From NCBI GenBank assembly GCA_010015585.1, contig ML975169.1: a stretch of 64,000 nucleotides of DNA; one strand, given 5' to 3'. Both the position numbers and the translations under genes were made by a program. Positions 34,733 through 47,341 of this stretch are shown one piece after another (positions within the stretch are counted from its first letter, which is position 1; each line of letters starts with the position of its first letter). The DNA is from Eremomyces bilateralis CBS 781.70. Taxonomy: Eukaryota. Below the pieces are notes generated by a model that saw nothing but the letters and a program-made list of their open reading frames with translations, was not told the DNA's origin and did not search any database.

Positions 34733-37108
34733 CTACATGCCTGCGGCCCCAGGGTATCGCCCCCCACCACCTATAAGACCGATTCCCGGGTCGATAGACA
34801 CGCCCCGTCCGCGACCTCTCACGCCTCGTCCACGACCGCGGCCACGGCCCCGCCCCGCCGGTCCTGGGATGGTGAACTCAGGATTGCTCTCTAGGAGCAT
34901 GTCTTGACGGCTCGGACCCCGTGGCAGCGGGGATTTATACCCGCCGTATCCATCGTCATACCCTCCACGGCCTCGGAAGTCGCCAGCGTAATGTCGGGGT
35001 GCGCTGGACATGGGACCTGGTGATCCGGTCGGTCTCCAAGCCGGGTTGATGCCCCGTTGAGATATAGAGGTGAAATTCGACGTCTCGCTTATAGCAGGGG
35101 AACGAGAAATGGTCTCATCAGAAGGGACGCGAGGAAGATTCAAATCAGACTCTGGAAGATTCGAGAGCGAATGGCTGGAACTTTGTGGCACGATCGTGGG
35201 ATCAGAAGCCTCGATTCGGGGGTCCAGGTTGGGGGCTTGCGTTGAACCCTGCGGAGCCACGTTAGAGGTGCTCATGTTGTTGTCGAAACCACCGTCATCA
35301 GAAGCGGGATAAGAAATATTGTTGTTGACGGGGGTTCCGGTATTGGGCGGGGGTGATTTACTTTGAGGACCTGCTGCTAGCGACGTGGGTAGTCCGGATC
35401 CTCCTGACTTGCCGGCCTGAGCGAAACGCGGCTCAACATCTTCGTAGTAGTTGGACGGACTTTGGTTGTGTGGTGGTGGTGAGCTGGGTGTCGGAGATGC
35501 TTGAATCGGTGATAGTACTCGAGTCGATGAGGTCGCGAGGTTAGAGTTTGAACCACTGTGGCTTGATTGATTCCAGTTGGACCGAGGTGGTACATAGTTT
35601 CTGTATGGCTGTTAGCGCTACAATCCCAGATCCGGTTTAGGAAGACCAAAGCAAAAAAGGAGACAGCAGTGCACGGTCAATGCTTACTCTTCGGAATAGA
35701 GACTCGATGGGCTTCCGATTTGAGGTATCCCAGCTCTCTGCTGCTGCAACCCAATCATTCCCTGGACGTCTCCGTCGCTATCTCGCAACCCGAAGGCTGC
35801 ATTTGGGGACGGAGGTGATGGAAGCCCGGTCCTTGGGTCCATTTCGCCTCCCAGACCCATTGATTGGGGCGATACCTGCCGGCCAGGGCCATATGGGTAG
35901 TCTGGATTCGGTCCTCCATATGGTCCGGGGGGAGGGGTTCTGTGGCCTCGTCCCATCGGACCGCCCATACCCCGTCCTGGGGGTGGCATCCCTCTACCAC
36001 CAAATCCTGGCTGGGGAGGGCCTCGCATTCCTGGGGGTCCGCCTCTCATGTATCCTCCACGTGGTCCTCGCATGGGTGGTCCGCCCCTGCCTCGTGGGTA
36101 GAATGGTGGTGGTCCACCGGATCGATTAGAGCCCATGGTACCGTTCGAGCCTTGATGTCGGAGCGGCGCCGGACCATAAGGGTCTGGCCTCCCTCCCGGT
36201 GTGCGGATGGGATTACCGAATTGATCTCGGGGAGGTTCTCTGCCATGTCGACCGTAACCTCCAACCATGGGCCGATCTCCATATCGACCGGACTGATCGT
36301 CGGGACCCAGTGTTTCCGCGCTCCTCACTGATGGATTTTTCGGATTCAGAGGCACTCGATCCTCCCCCATTTCCTTGCTCTGAGCCGAATCGAATGCAGC
36401 AAACTGCTTCTCGCCCACGGTTGAATCTGCCGTCATCGGAGGTGGAGAGTCGGCCTTAGGGAGGGATGGGGTCACCTGTGCTGGAGGCTGGTTTTGTCGA
36501 CTGGCGTAATAGTTGTCGCCATTCATCTCGGCATTCTCTGCTATCCTCTTCATCCTTGCTTTCCTGCTGACGAGGGTTCGACGCATGGCGCAGGTAACCA
36601 CGCTGCACATCATGGTCAGAATGGTCGCCCCAAGAACAATCCATCCTCCCCAGCTAACGTGAGGGGTAAAAATCAATATGTCCACCAAGAAGGCGAGGAG
36701 AGAAACCAGCAGCGTTGGAAAACTCAGCATTAACAGGATCAAGAGATATCGCGGGGAGTGTGAAGGAGAGTGGAGATGCGCGGCGACAGAGAGGCCAAAG
36801 CATATCAGAGTCAGAAAGGCGGCGACGGGGTGGACGATGAGGATGGAGGAGAGCGAATGTCGCGTACTCGAGGGAAGAGAGAAGTCGGAGTCTTCGATTT
36901 GTTTTCCAGCTTGGAGGGCCTCTGTATCATAACCCAACTGAACGGACGTGCAGCCCGAATCGGTACAGTAACCCCATACTCCGAAATCGACACCTTTCCA
37001 ATTCCCCAAGGGAATACTCTTTATTATCGGGGTGGATAGGGTCGCTAGGAGAAGCAGGACAAAGGCAGCCAAAAAGAGGATAGACAGCGGAGTGGCCGGT
37101 CGCAGCAT
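34733..37108 (-). CDS. palI: pH-response regulator PalI/Rim9 (SUR7 family); intron 35601-35687
   Basis: MLRPATPLSILFLAAFVLLLLATLSTP, FGVWGYC..GC, LSSILIVHPVAA, LLAFLVDILIF, CAMRRTLVSRKAR, then a long Pro/Gly-rich tail continuing in frame after the intron. Confidence 0.9.
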
Positions 37109-39417
37109 TATCGGAAGATGGAGAAGAACGAAGCGACGCTGCCGGTCATGGAGACAGCCAAATCCGGTCGCAGGACGTTCGGAATCAATCGGTTTCGGTC
37201 CAAAGGAGAAAGGATGGTCGGAGGGAGATGGGGATCGCGACGGAGTGGAGGACTATTTACGACTTGGAGAGGCAGATTCGAAAGGATGGACGGCAGTCGA
37301 GGCGACTGGTGTGAAAAGGATGGAGTGATGCGACTGGACGTTACGTAGTGGCATTTGGATGGGGTATGATGGAATAAGCGGAGGGCAATTAAAAAGAATT
37401 GGGTCAAGTGAAGATAGAAGCGAAAGTCATAACCAGCGGAGTGGGATACCGTTGTTGAGTGGGAAGAAATGAAGAAATGAAGAATAACAGAGTGTCCTGT
37501 ATGAGTGAGAGAGAGGATAGCGAAAGGTGAAGGTGGTGAAGGCGGAGTCTCAAGTTAGTGAGTGGAGGTGTGAATGAGTGAGAAGCGGCTGGTGGAGGCG
37601 TAGAGATTGAGGAGGAAGGCGTGATTGGGCCAGCGGGGGTTAGTGTCGGAAGGTGCGACCGAGCGGGAAGTTGGAAGGAGGGGGAAGAGATTAAACGTGG
37701 ATTCGTGGAGGAAGTTGCGATTGTGTAGTGTGAAGACGTGTACTCACTTATCTAAGCCTCCTATCCACCTTCTGTTCATGTATGGAGTATTATGGAAGTA
37801 TTCATGTTCACCTGATACGTATAGCATGGAGTACGTAGTACGAAGTACATGGAGTAGAAATTCATCTGTTACAGTATCTCCAACCCGCATTGTAAGTTTG
37901 ATACAACAGCTTGTGAAACAGCCCTGGCTCCACTCTCCACTCTGCAGTTGGAGCACGCTAGAACAATGTATGTATCCATGGGCGCCAGGGGGCTCCACAC
38001 ATGCCACACTAGGTTCAATTCGTTGGACTTTGGGCTTTGGACATTATTATCTGATGCTCCAAGGCCCCAGGAGCATAAATTGTTCCATGCCACGGCAAAA
38101 ACCCTTAGCCCTTCCAAGATGATGTCTCAAGACGATGGCCCAAGGCGATGTCTGGCCGCGGGTGATTGCTGTGTCGAGCACATACCGCATTGAATATCCA
38201 CGACATGTAGGCAATATCTCGCGGCACCAGGGTCCCTGACTCCCTGATCGTATGTGACTACGTCGCAACCCCATCCCCCACTCCCCAGTGGGCGGCAATC
38301 TCTAGCCGTTAGCACGGGGCTTGACCACCACGTCAAATGAACACCTGCGGGCTGGCGTCGTGGATGGTGAACCGTGGACACCCAGACCGGGAGAAGCAAC
38401 GTCTGTCCCGTCAGGCCATCACCATGCCCTCAGTTCTCCTCAGAATCAACCATCGTTCGGTTCATCCACACCTTGGTTGTTTGTCGAATGTCGAAAGCAA
38501 CCCCAAGAGGCACATAAGACGTGGAGTCGTGCGTTTGCCTGGAAGTGGCTATAGTCGATTGCGCTACAACAACGATGCCCTTCAACGCCCATTGACACCC
38601 GCAACGCAAAGGCAGAGCTCATTTTTAATCCTTCACTGGTGCAACAACAAACGGATCCAGGTGGACAACTTGTGCTCGAATTCGTGAGCGTTGGCCGTTG
38701 GAGGTCCAGGAATCCTGGAGTGAGATGGGTTGCTGGCTCCAAGTGGATGAATATGCAGGTAATAATGCACGGATCAAACTCAAAGTTTCGATATTGGACC
38801 TAGCAAATTTTTTATATTGACCCCATTCAACACCCATGGGCTGCGCACAGTTGGCAGTATGTATCCTGCTGGAGCCTCATACTCCGTATTTGGGGCTGGA
38901 CTCCAGTCTTGCTGCCGTCGGCATGCCGTTTCAGGGACAACCAAAAACAAGAAAAGTATCTGACTTTGAAGCTGTCATCGAGTCCAGGTTATACCGGGAG
39001 AAAGGCATAGCAACAGAATCCACGCGATATGCAGAGATCAGAAAGATGTGAAGGAAATGATCGACGAGTGGAAGACTCAACCGAGGTAGGTCTGCCTGTG
39101 ATGTCTGGATCTCCATCTCAGGCATCGTGGTTGCATTATGGTCTGGAATTGTCAGATGTACTGTAGGTTGTTTGTATATGCTTTGGGGGTCTTTCAGAGT
39201 CAACAGCTAACCATATCACAGTGAGCAGGATTCGTATGATCGAACACGGCCAGCTCGACTTCATCGGCACATACGAAGTTGAGTCGGCAACTGAGCATCA
39301 CCGGCTTGAAGCTGTCTAGGATTGATCTGAACGAGGTTGACTGCCCTGCTGTCATTGAAGATTGCATATATTTCCCGTGAGACCCGGCCAACTACTTCAT
39401 CGTGAATGTCCAATCTT

Positions 39418-40141
39418 TTAATTGAACCAGCAAGTACAAAATCCTGGGAAGACCTCAATGATGATATGGATCACTTCCTTGATCGCCTCCTCGAACTCGG
39501 CCTTGAAGTTTTCGAAACACTTCGTAACGGTTCCGAAGAAGGTCAAGAAGCAGTTGAGCATCTCGAAGAAGTAAGATCCAAGGAGTTCGAGCATGGCTTT
39601 GAAAGAGCTTGGTCAGCATCATTGTTCGCAGGTTGCCTTGGTCATGGGAAACTTACAGCACTTAAGCACCGCCATACAGTGGAGGAAGGTCGAGCAAACC
39701 TCCACGAAGATCTCGATGCAGCATGAGACAACGAACTTCAGATCCTCGATGGCGAGTTTAAAGGCGGCCTCGAATGCGGCAATCTTCTTGCAAGTGATGA
39801 GAATCGCCTCGATGATGCTCTTGCAGTGACCCTGGATTTCGACGATGATGGTCTTCTTGGCTTCCTTGGAGATCTCGATGCCTTCGTAACCCGATACGGT
39901 GATGTCTAAAAAGGGTTAACAGCCTCCTCGACTCAAGCCAACGAAGATACGCACTGATCTGAGCAGTGAAGGACTTGACAACAGTCACGAGGTTCCCGAT
40001 CTCATCGCAACCATCACACCGTTTCTGGATGTTGGAAATGGCAAGGTCAGACCCAACTTCAGCAGCCGGCGCTGGAGCAGCCAAGCCGGTGGCGAAGAGC
40101 GAGGAGAAGAGGAAGACGGAAGCGGTGCGAAGGAACTTCAT
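39418..40141 (-). CDS. Small secreted Cys-rich amphipathic helical protein, about 204 aa; exons 40141-39955, 39905-39657, 39596-39418
   Basis: Signal peptide MKFLRTASVFLFSSLFATGLAAP and a pro-region ending KR. Two canonical introns give an open frame ending ...EVFPGFCTCWFN*. Strong C/G-ending codon bias. Confidence 0.85.
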
Positions 40142-41904
40142 GATGAATGCTGGTATAACCGAAGATTATGGATTAGATGCGGATACCAGTAAACGAGTGA
40201 AAGGGAGACTTGGACTGAGTAATCGACTGGACAGAATGAGAGTAACGAGCTGGATGAAGGGAAAGGAAAGGAGGTGGATGATCCGGATCGGTTCTTATAC
40301 CACAATGAGCCACTGTCTGATGGACTGCGTGTCTCCAGGGATCGGGAATTTAGGATGCACTCCCCTTCCTGAAAATCAGGGCGGATGAGATCCTGCCTCT
40401 AAATCCTCATACGCCCGGCTCCATTGATCGTCGCTCGGCTGCCAGACTTATCTTGTGAGAACTCTCCCTCTTCAAGAGTTAGCACGCTCGGAGAACAGTT
40501 AGTGAGGTGCATATCACATGTATTTTCTGGGGTCATGTCCTTCTAGGGTTGCAAAAGCACCCAGAGTCCAGAATGATTCCCAGAATTCTACGATAAGCTC
40601 GGACAAAGTAAGATCAGAGATCGACGAGGTAAGCTGAGTGGTTAATAGTTTGCGAGTCTTGACCTTCCGAGTCATGCTTATGATGGCAATTGGCAGCAGA
40701 TGCACTACGAAGATCTCGATATATGATGGTCGCTATAGAACCCAACTAGAGGAATATGGTAACTAACCGCATAGTTTCTATCACGATATCCACGATATCG
40801 GTTATACTATGCACATGAACCAACGACAACAAGCAATCGCAAAAATAGAAACACACACCTTCTGCTGTTTCCTAAGGGTTCTTCTGTTTCTGCATGTGGT
40901 TTTGTTAGTTCAGCACATGAAATTATTGGCCCTGTCTTCTCCCTTGTCAAGTTGTCATCCCCGGTTCCCCTGATTCCGACCGTTTGTGGGGTATCCGGAG
41001 CCGGAAGGCCGTCCATGCGAACCCAAACCCGATAACTTCATCTCGGATGAGTTCTCTCCATGGTCTACTCCATAATTCTGCATGATATGGGATTCGGTGA
41101 ATGGTCAATTGCTCGTGAAAGGGGCGATCGACAGGTTAAGCTTCCTTCGTATTAGTATTTCAGTCGATGCTGATCCCCACATTGCTGACGTCCACATCGG
41201 CACATCCACTTCACCGTTCAACCTGACTCTTTTCTGGATTCCACGGGTCAAGCTGTCCATAGTAACAGATTACCAGATGCGCATCGATCGGCAACGCGAT
41301 GGATTTGGGAAACCGGGAAACAATAAATGATCGATAGTGGTCTCAGCAATTCAGCATGCTCAATACCCGCAATAATAGAGGGGTACGGATTTGTCCACCA
41401 CTGGGACACATTCATCATAAGGCAGGTATCTCAACCTTCTCAAGCCTCAGAATTTTATCTAGGAGGAAATAGCGATGTACGTTGCTTAGAATTGGTCTTA
41501 TAACTTCCTTGGGATAGCAATTCTTTCTTGTCGCCTTGCACGTTGAGGTCTGGCCAATCCAACAGTGGTACGTAAAAGTTCAGCAACAGAAGGCAGCACA
41601 GGGAGACTTTGGTGTCATACAAGTCAAACCTACTCCACAATAGTTGCAAGCGTTGATGGTTGATATTTTCCGTTCATAGAACGTAAGCTTGAATTGCTGC
41701 CCTTCTTTCCTTCGCCTACTGCCTTAAAGGCTAAGATACACTTTGAGAGCGGGCGACATAGGCACGCGACCATAGCTCATGAAACTCTCCGTTTTGAACG
41801 CCGTTTGTATTGGCTGATGCAAGATGCAAAGTGCGATAGTGACGCTCAACCAATCCCTCCATCCCCGTGAGCGTTCTGATTCCTCCCCGCGTCTGAAACG
41901 GAGC

Positions 41905-42954
41905 TTAATGTCCGGAGACGGCAAAGGCCCGACGGCGATCTCGCTCCTCGGCGATGGAAAGCTACAGGGTCGTTAGAGGTGGACGTTGGCAAAATTTGAA
42001 GGAGGGAACGAACCTTGACACCCTTGCCCTTCGGCAGGCTGACCCACGGCTTCTCCTGGCCGATGACGAAGACGTTGCTCTCACGAGTAGCGAACTCGTT
42101 ATCGACGGCATCCTTGATGTGGACGATGTTGAAGCCACCATCGTGACGTTCACGGCTGGTGATGACACCAACACGACCCATATTGCGACCACCGGTGGCC
42201 ATGGCGATCACACCGGAATCGAACTTGATAAAGTCGGTGATCTTTCCCGTGGAGAGATCGACCTTGACGGTATCGTTGACCGTGATGAGCGGGTCAGGGT
42301 ACCGGATCCTGTAGTAAAGACTTCCGTCAGTCTTCTATATCACCAAAGCTTGGTCCAACGGCTGATGGATGCTGCCACTCACGTTCGAGCATCGTGCGTA
42401 ACCAAGAATGGGATTCCACCCTTGCCCAACTGCACGCGCTTGACCTTGCACAGCTTGTACTCGGCCTCCTCCTCCGTGATGCGGTGGACAGTGAATCGGC
42501 CCTTGGTGTCGTAGACGAGGCGGAAATGTTCGTCAGTCTTCTCGATGGAAATGACGTCCATGTAGCCGGCAGGGTAGGTCGCATCGGTTCGGACCTTGCC
42601 ATCGACCTTGACCAAGCGTTGCATGAGGATCGATTTCGTTTCGCGTCCGTTCAAGGCATACTTCAGGCTGTGGATGTTAGTCCAAGCCCATTGTATCAAC
42701 ATCGATCTTCCAACTCACCGGTTACGGATGAAGACGATGAGCGGCATGCATTCCCGAGTCTTGTGAGGACCCGGAGAAGCCTTCGGGGCATAGGCTCCGG
42801 AGAGTTTGTCGAGCAGCCAATGCGATGGCGCGCTGAGGCGCTTCTGGTGTTTCTTCCTATATGCTGATGTTAGCAATGTTTATCGATCTCGAGTCGAAGG
42901 ATTCGTATTCTCGAGAAACATATAAATCAGTGAGACTTACGGTCCACGGCCCAT
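41905..42954 (-). CDS. RPS4: 40S ribosomal protein S4 (eS4), multi-exon
   Basis: [90 protein letters not shown]. Confidence 0.97.
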
Positions 42955-43086
42955 GATGACTGCTCAGTAGGTTAGTAGAGTATGTGATCCTGGTGAGGTT
43001 TTGGGCGAAGAGTGCGATTGAGATGTGGTGATGTTGGAAATTTCGAGGGCCACTAAGCGAATGTTGCCAAGACCTCCAGTTGTGTG

Positions 43087-43094
43087 GTCACGTG
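43087..43094. promoter_or_regulatory. GTCACGTG E-box (Cbf1-type bHLH site) in the RPS4 promoter
   Basis: Exact motif about 135 bp upstream of the RPS4 ATG. Function is inferred. Confidence 0.4.
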
Positions 43095-43199
43095 CTGACC
43101 CATTTAAATTTTTATGCGTTCATGCCTTGATGCCTAATATTCGACGCCCTCCGGGGGGATGAAATTGAGTGGCATTTCTTGGCATTCGATCTACCCCAA

Positions 43200-43524
43200 C
43201 TCTCTGTACAATCTTCTATCATCGATTGAAGCACCCAGCGCAATCCCCCGATCTCAACCTAATTGAGGCAATTTGGGGTTTCATTAAACAGCGTATAAAA
43301 TGCAGGTTATGGGAGTCATTGGACGAGCTCAAACAGATCTTGATTGAGGAGTGGGAAAAGATCACAATGGAGGAGATTCGGGCGCGAATGGCAGAGATGC
43401 CGCTGCGCTGCCAGATGCTCGTTGAGCGCGGCGGAGAGTTCATCAAAACAGATCTATGGTAATTGGCTAATTAAGGAATATATACTAATTTCAATATTAT
43501 GCTGTTTTTGAGCGAATTGGACTG
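43200..43524 (+). mobile_element. 5'-truncated Tc1-type (DD34E) transposon remnant: transposase C-terminus and probable right TIR end
   Basis: HPAQSPDLNLIEAIWGFIK...LDELKQILIEEWEKIT...MPLRCQMLVERGG matches the Tc1 SPDLNPIE signature. It is followed by ...GCGAATTGGACTG (reverse complement CAGTCC..., a Tc1-like TIR start). The left boundary is approximate. Confidence 0.8.
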
Positions 43525-43950
43525 CATGCAAGGTGCCTACACAGACTGTCTTCGGTGGAGGGTGGTGATGTGTAGAAAACTGCCAAGAAACGCGATTCAA
43601 TTTTATCCACCCCGGAGGCGCGTTCATGCCAACCCAGTCTACTAATGCCCTGGCCCAGCCTGGCATGCCTGGGGAGTTGAGACGCGTTTTATAAGAGGCA
43701 CCTTTCGAACGAAACTTCTTTTGAATACAATGGAACGATAGTCACCGTTGGAAATTACCGTACGTATGGTAGCTCTCGAATGCTCGTTTGGTTTACACAA
43801 ACCTATTCTACGCACGTTGCCTGGACTTCAATTCTGTTCAGAATAGCAATGTTTGACGACTGAGATAAGCATCCACCCTTCTCAATGTCAATATGCTTGA
43901 TTTATGTACTATCTACGTGGACGAGTTGGCCAAACGCTACTTTTGATCCT

Positions 43951-45232
43951 TTAAGCATATCCTTTCAATACCGCAGCCTCTGCATTCAGAATGGACGAAC
44001 CAGCAGCACCAATGACAGCTAGGACAAGGTTAGTGACAGTCTGAATAGAGGATGATGGACACCTACTGTTGTGACTGAGCGCTACGAATTTGATATCGAA
44101 GATCCCGCTCTCGTCCTCGCGGACCCGGCCAACACTAACGGCATATCCTCGATCTGTTTCACGGTCTAGTCGTGGCTGTGGTCGATCCGGCTCATCCATC
44201 ACTACGATGGCATTCGTAGGTGCAGAAGGGCAGCCGAGCCTCTGAGCCTCGGATACATATTCCCTCAGGGCATCCTTGACTTCCTCTGCGGAGGGCGCAG
44301 GACGTTTGGCGAATTTGAGCGAAACACAAGCGGTGTGTCCGTCGAGAACTGGTACCCGGTTACAGGCTGCGGAGACACGTATATGCTGGTCCTCGAAACC
44401 AGTCACACTTTCGTTGACCTTTCCAAGGATCTTTTGCGCTTCGGACTCCAATTTGTCTTCCTCTCCGGAAATGAAAGGGACGACATTGTCGATGACATCC
44501 ATACTGCTGACACCAGGGTATCCGGCTCCAGACACAGCTTGCATGGTCACGATGCTCACTTGATCGATGGCACCGAATCGAGCCTGCAGAGCTGCAAAGG
44601 GGATAACAATCCCAATGACGGCGCAATTGGAGTTGCAGACGATGAATCCTTTCTCTAGTCCATGGTGTTTCCTCTGATGTGGGATGACATCCATATGAGG
44701 AAGATTGACGGTAGGGACAACAAGAGGAACTAGAGGATCCCGACGGTAATTCTTCGCGTTCGAAAACACTCCAAGGTTGGCTTTCAGAAACGCCATCTCT
44801 AGACAAAATATTCAGTACGTCATCGGCGGTGACCAGGGCATATACGGACCGATCTCGGTGGCAACGTCACTGTCTAGGCCGGAGAAGATGATGTCGCAGT
44901 CCTTGAACTCTTCAGGAGTACATTTTCGTACTTCAAGCTCTCCTAACCTCTTCGACATAGGAAACGCCTGTTTCCATTTCACAGCATCTTTGTACTTCTT
45001 GCCCGCGGATCGTTCCGAGGCACCCACGGCATGAAGTACAAAATGCGGATGTAATGCTAATAGCAGGATGAACCTCTGGCCTACAGATCCGGTCGCTCCC
45101 AATACTCCTGTGCATCGTGTACTCATGAGTGTTTGTTGTCTTGATGACGGGACCGATGCTTATTGGGACGGACATACCGCATTTTCGGACCGGAAAGTCG
45201 CCGGTGCCCGACGTGAAATGTTCGACATCCAT
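43951..45232 (-). CDS. HOM2: Aspartate-semialdehyde dehydrogenase (multi-exon)
   Basis: [30 protein letters not shown], catalytic [42 protein letters not shown]. Confidence 0.95.
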
Positions 45233-45328
45233 AGTTTCGACTAGTCTTAATGGCTTGAGGAAAGAATTGTAGAGCAATCGAAAGTATTGATCAGTGTCGC
45301 CAAATGTGTCGCCTGCTGTTCTTGAAAG

Positions 45329-45335
45329 TGAGTCA
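45329..45335. promoter_or_regulatory. CpcA/Gcn4 response element TGAGTCA upstream of HOM2
   Basis: Exact consensus about 97 bp upstream of the HOM2 ATG. HOM2 is an amino-acid biosynthetic gene of the class under general (cross-pathway) control. Confidence 0.5.
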
Positions 45336-45569
45336 CGATGATTGGCCAGCAGGTAACGAAATTTCCTCATGAGCACGTGCAGCGACGCAATATATTTCCC
45401 AGAGGACGATAATTGTCAGGAAAGCGTAGATGAGCAGCACCGATCTTTAACTTTATGCCCTACATTATGATGCAGATACTATGACATTCGATTACCGTAC
45501 CTATGCAAAATCGGGGCTCAGATTGCCTCCCAGGTCCCAACAGCAAATATTTACAGTGGCCTCCCAGCG

Positions 45570-47341
45570 CTATCCTGGAATGTCCATGATCTTCCCCGGA
45601 TTCATGAGCCAGTAAGGGTCCAGAGCCCCTTTGATGTTTTTCATGACATCGATCGTTTCCATACCCAATTCCTTGATCAAAGACTGCTTTTTCCCTAATC
45701 CAATGCCGTGCTCACCAGTACAAGTGCCCTCCATCTCCAGCGCTCGATCAACCATTCTCTCAATGCATGCTTCCACGGCTGCCCGCTCTTTGGGGTTCTT
45801 GCTGTCATACATAATGCTTTCGTGGAAGTTACCGTCGCCGATATGACCGAGTATCGAGGCGAACAAGCCGAGATCGTCCATTTCCTTCTTCGAAATCTCG
45901 ATGATGTCCGGGAGTCGTGATATGGGAACGGCCACATCCGTCGACCAGACCTCGGTACCCGCGCCTTCCTTTCGGAGCGCCAACATGCTCCAAAGTGCTT
46001 CCTTCCGGGCCGACCAAAGTAGTTGCGCTTCTTCGGCATCGTGGGCGAACTCAAAATCCCCGCTCCGATGCTTTTTCGCAATCTGTTTGACCAACCCGAT
46101 GCTCTCTTGGATGCTTGCGCTTGTGCCCGAGAACTTGAAGAACATGGTGGGCATTTCTTTCCAAGTCCGGGCCGTCGATTTGGTCCGATTAATGACACTC
46201 ATTTGCACTTCGTCCATAACCTCCATCGCAGCGACGGGAATTCCGGCTCGTAGGACCTTGGATGCTGCTGCAGCTGCATCTCGGATGGTTGGAAAGGTAA
46301 CCACCGCTACAGTCGTCTCCTGAGGAATGACAGTGAGCTTCAGTGTGATCTCAGTGACCAGTCCGAGAGTTCCTTCCGATCCGATGAAAAGATTGGTGAG
46401 ATTGTATCCCGCTGACGTTTTCCTTGGTCTTCGTCGAGTCTTGATGATGGTTCCATCGGCAAGGACAACGGTCAGATTAATTACCCAGTCCTTCATGGTG
46501 CCATACCGCACGGCATTCGTGCCACTGCATGATGTACCAACCATTCCCCCTATTCTGGCTGATGGACCGGGATCCACAGGAAAAAAGAGTCCTGAATGTT
46601 TTATGTCTTCGTTGAGACTCATCCACGGCACCGAAGGCTGAACGACCACATCCATATCATCCTCATGCAGAGCGATAATCTGGTCCATGAAGGTGAAGTC
46701 GATGCTCATCCCTCCATAGGGGGCTGAGAAATTGGCCTCCAGGCTGGAACCTCCCGAGTAGGGGACTGACACGTTTAGACGAAGCTATGGGCGTAGCGTT
46801 GATGAAGACGTACTCATAGGCAACTTGTATTTGTGACAGATTTGTGCAATTTTCGAGACTTCTTCCGTACTCTTTGGGTATGCAACCGCCACCGGTAATT
46901 GATCCACGTTGATTGATGACCACTCTGAATATCCGTGAATACGAAGGTCCTCATCATCTGTGCTAATGGCATCGTTCCCTAAAGAGATCCTGAGCTCGAG
47001 AATGGCCTACCACCGGTCAGCTTATCTCTCTACCATGCTGCTCGTATTTTGGTAACCTTCTCCATCTCCCTCTTCGATGCAAAGTGGGGTCTTCTGGGAG
47101 CATATCGGACCCCTTTCGTCGTTGAAGACGCATCCCGTTGCCCGTAATAGTATGCTAGAGAAGCAGAAAATGCCGATAACAGAAATACAGTTCTTGCCGA
47201 CCAAGCAACTTTCTCCGACTTGCTGGAAGAGGTGCCATTGATTCGGCGCAACCCGAGGGTCCGGGTCGACGGATGTCTCACAGCGAGAATGCCCCGCTTT
47301 AGGAAAGCTGTCACAGGTCTGGAAAACGGATTCGTCGACAT
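45570..47341 (-). CDS. DLD1: Mitochondrial D-lactate dehydrogenase (cytochrome), FAD-linked oxidase; multi-exon
   Basis: Arg/Ser-rich presequence, PYSGGSSLE, FFPVDPGPSARIGGMVGTSCSGTNAVRYG, GSEGTLG, GHIGDGNFH, TGEHGIG, LMNPGK. Confidence 0.92.

Noticed and set aside
37920..37990. Two PacC-type GCCARG sites upstream of palI
   Set aside because: The hexamer is expected about once per kb by chance, so these cannot be told from background.
44019..44066. Apparent 16-aa insertion near the HOM2 C-terminus
   Set aside because: It is a canonical 48-nt in-frame intron (GTAGGT...CTAAC...TAG).
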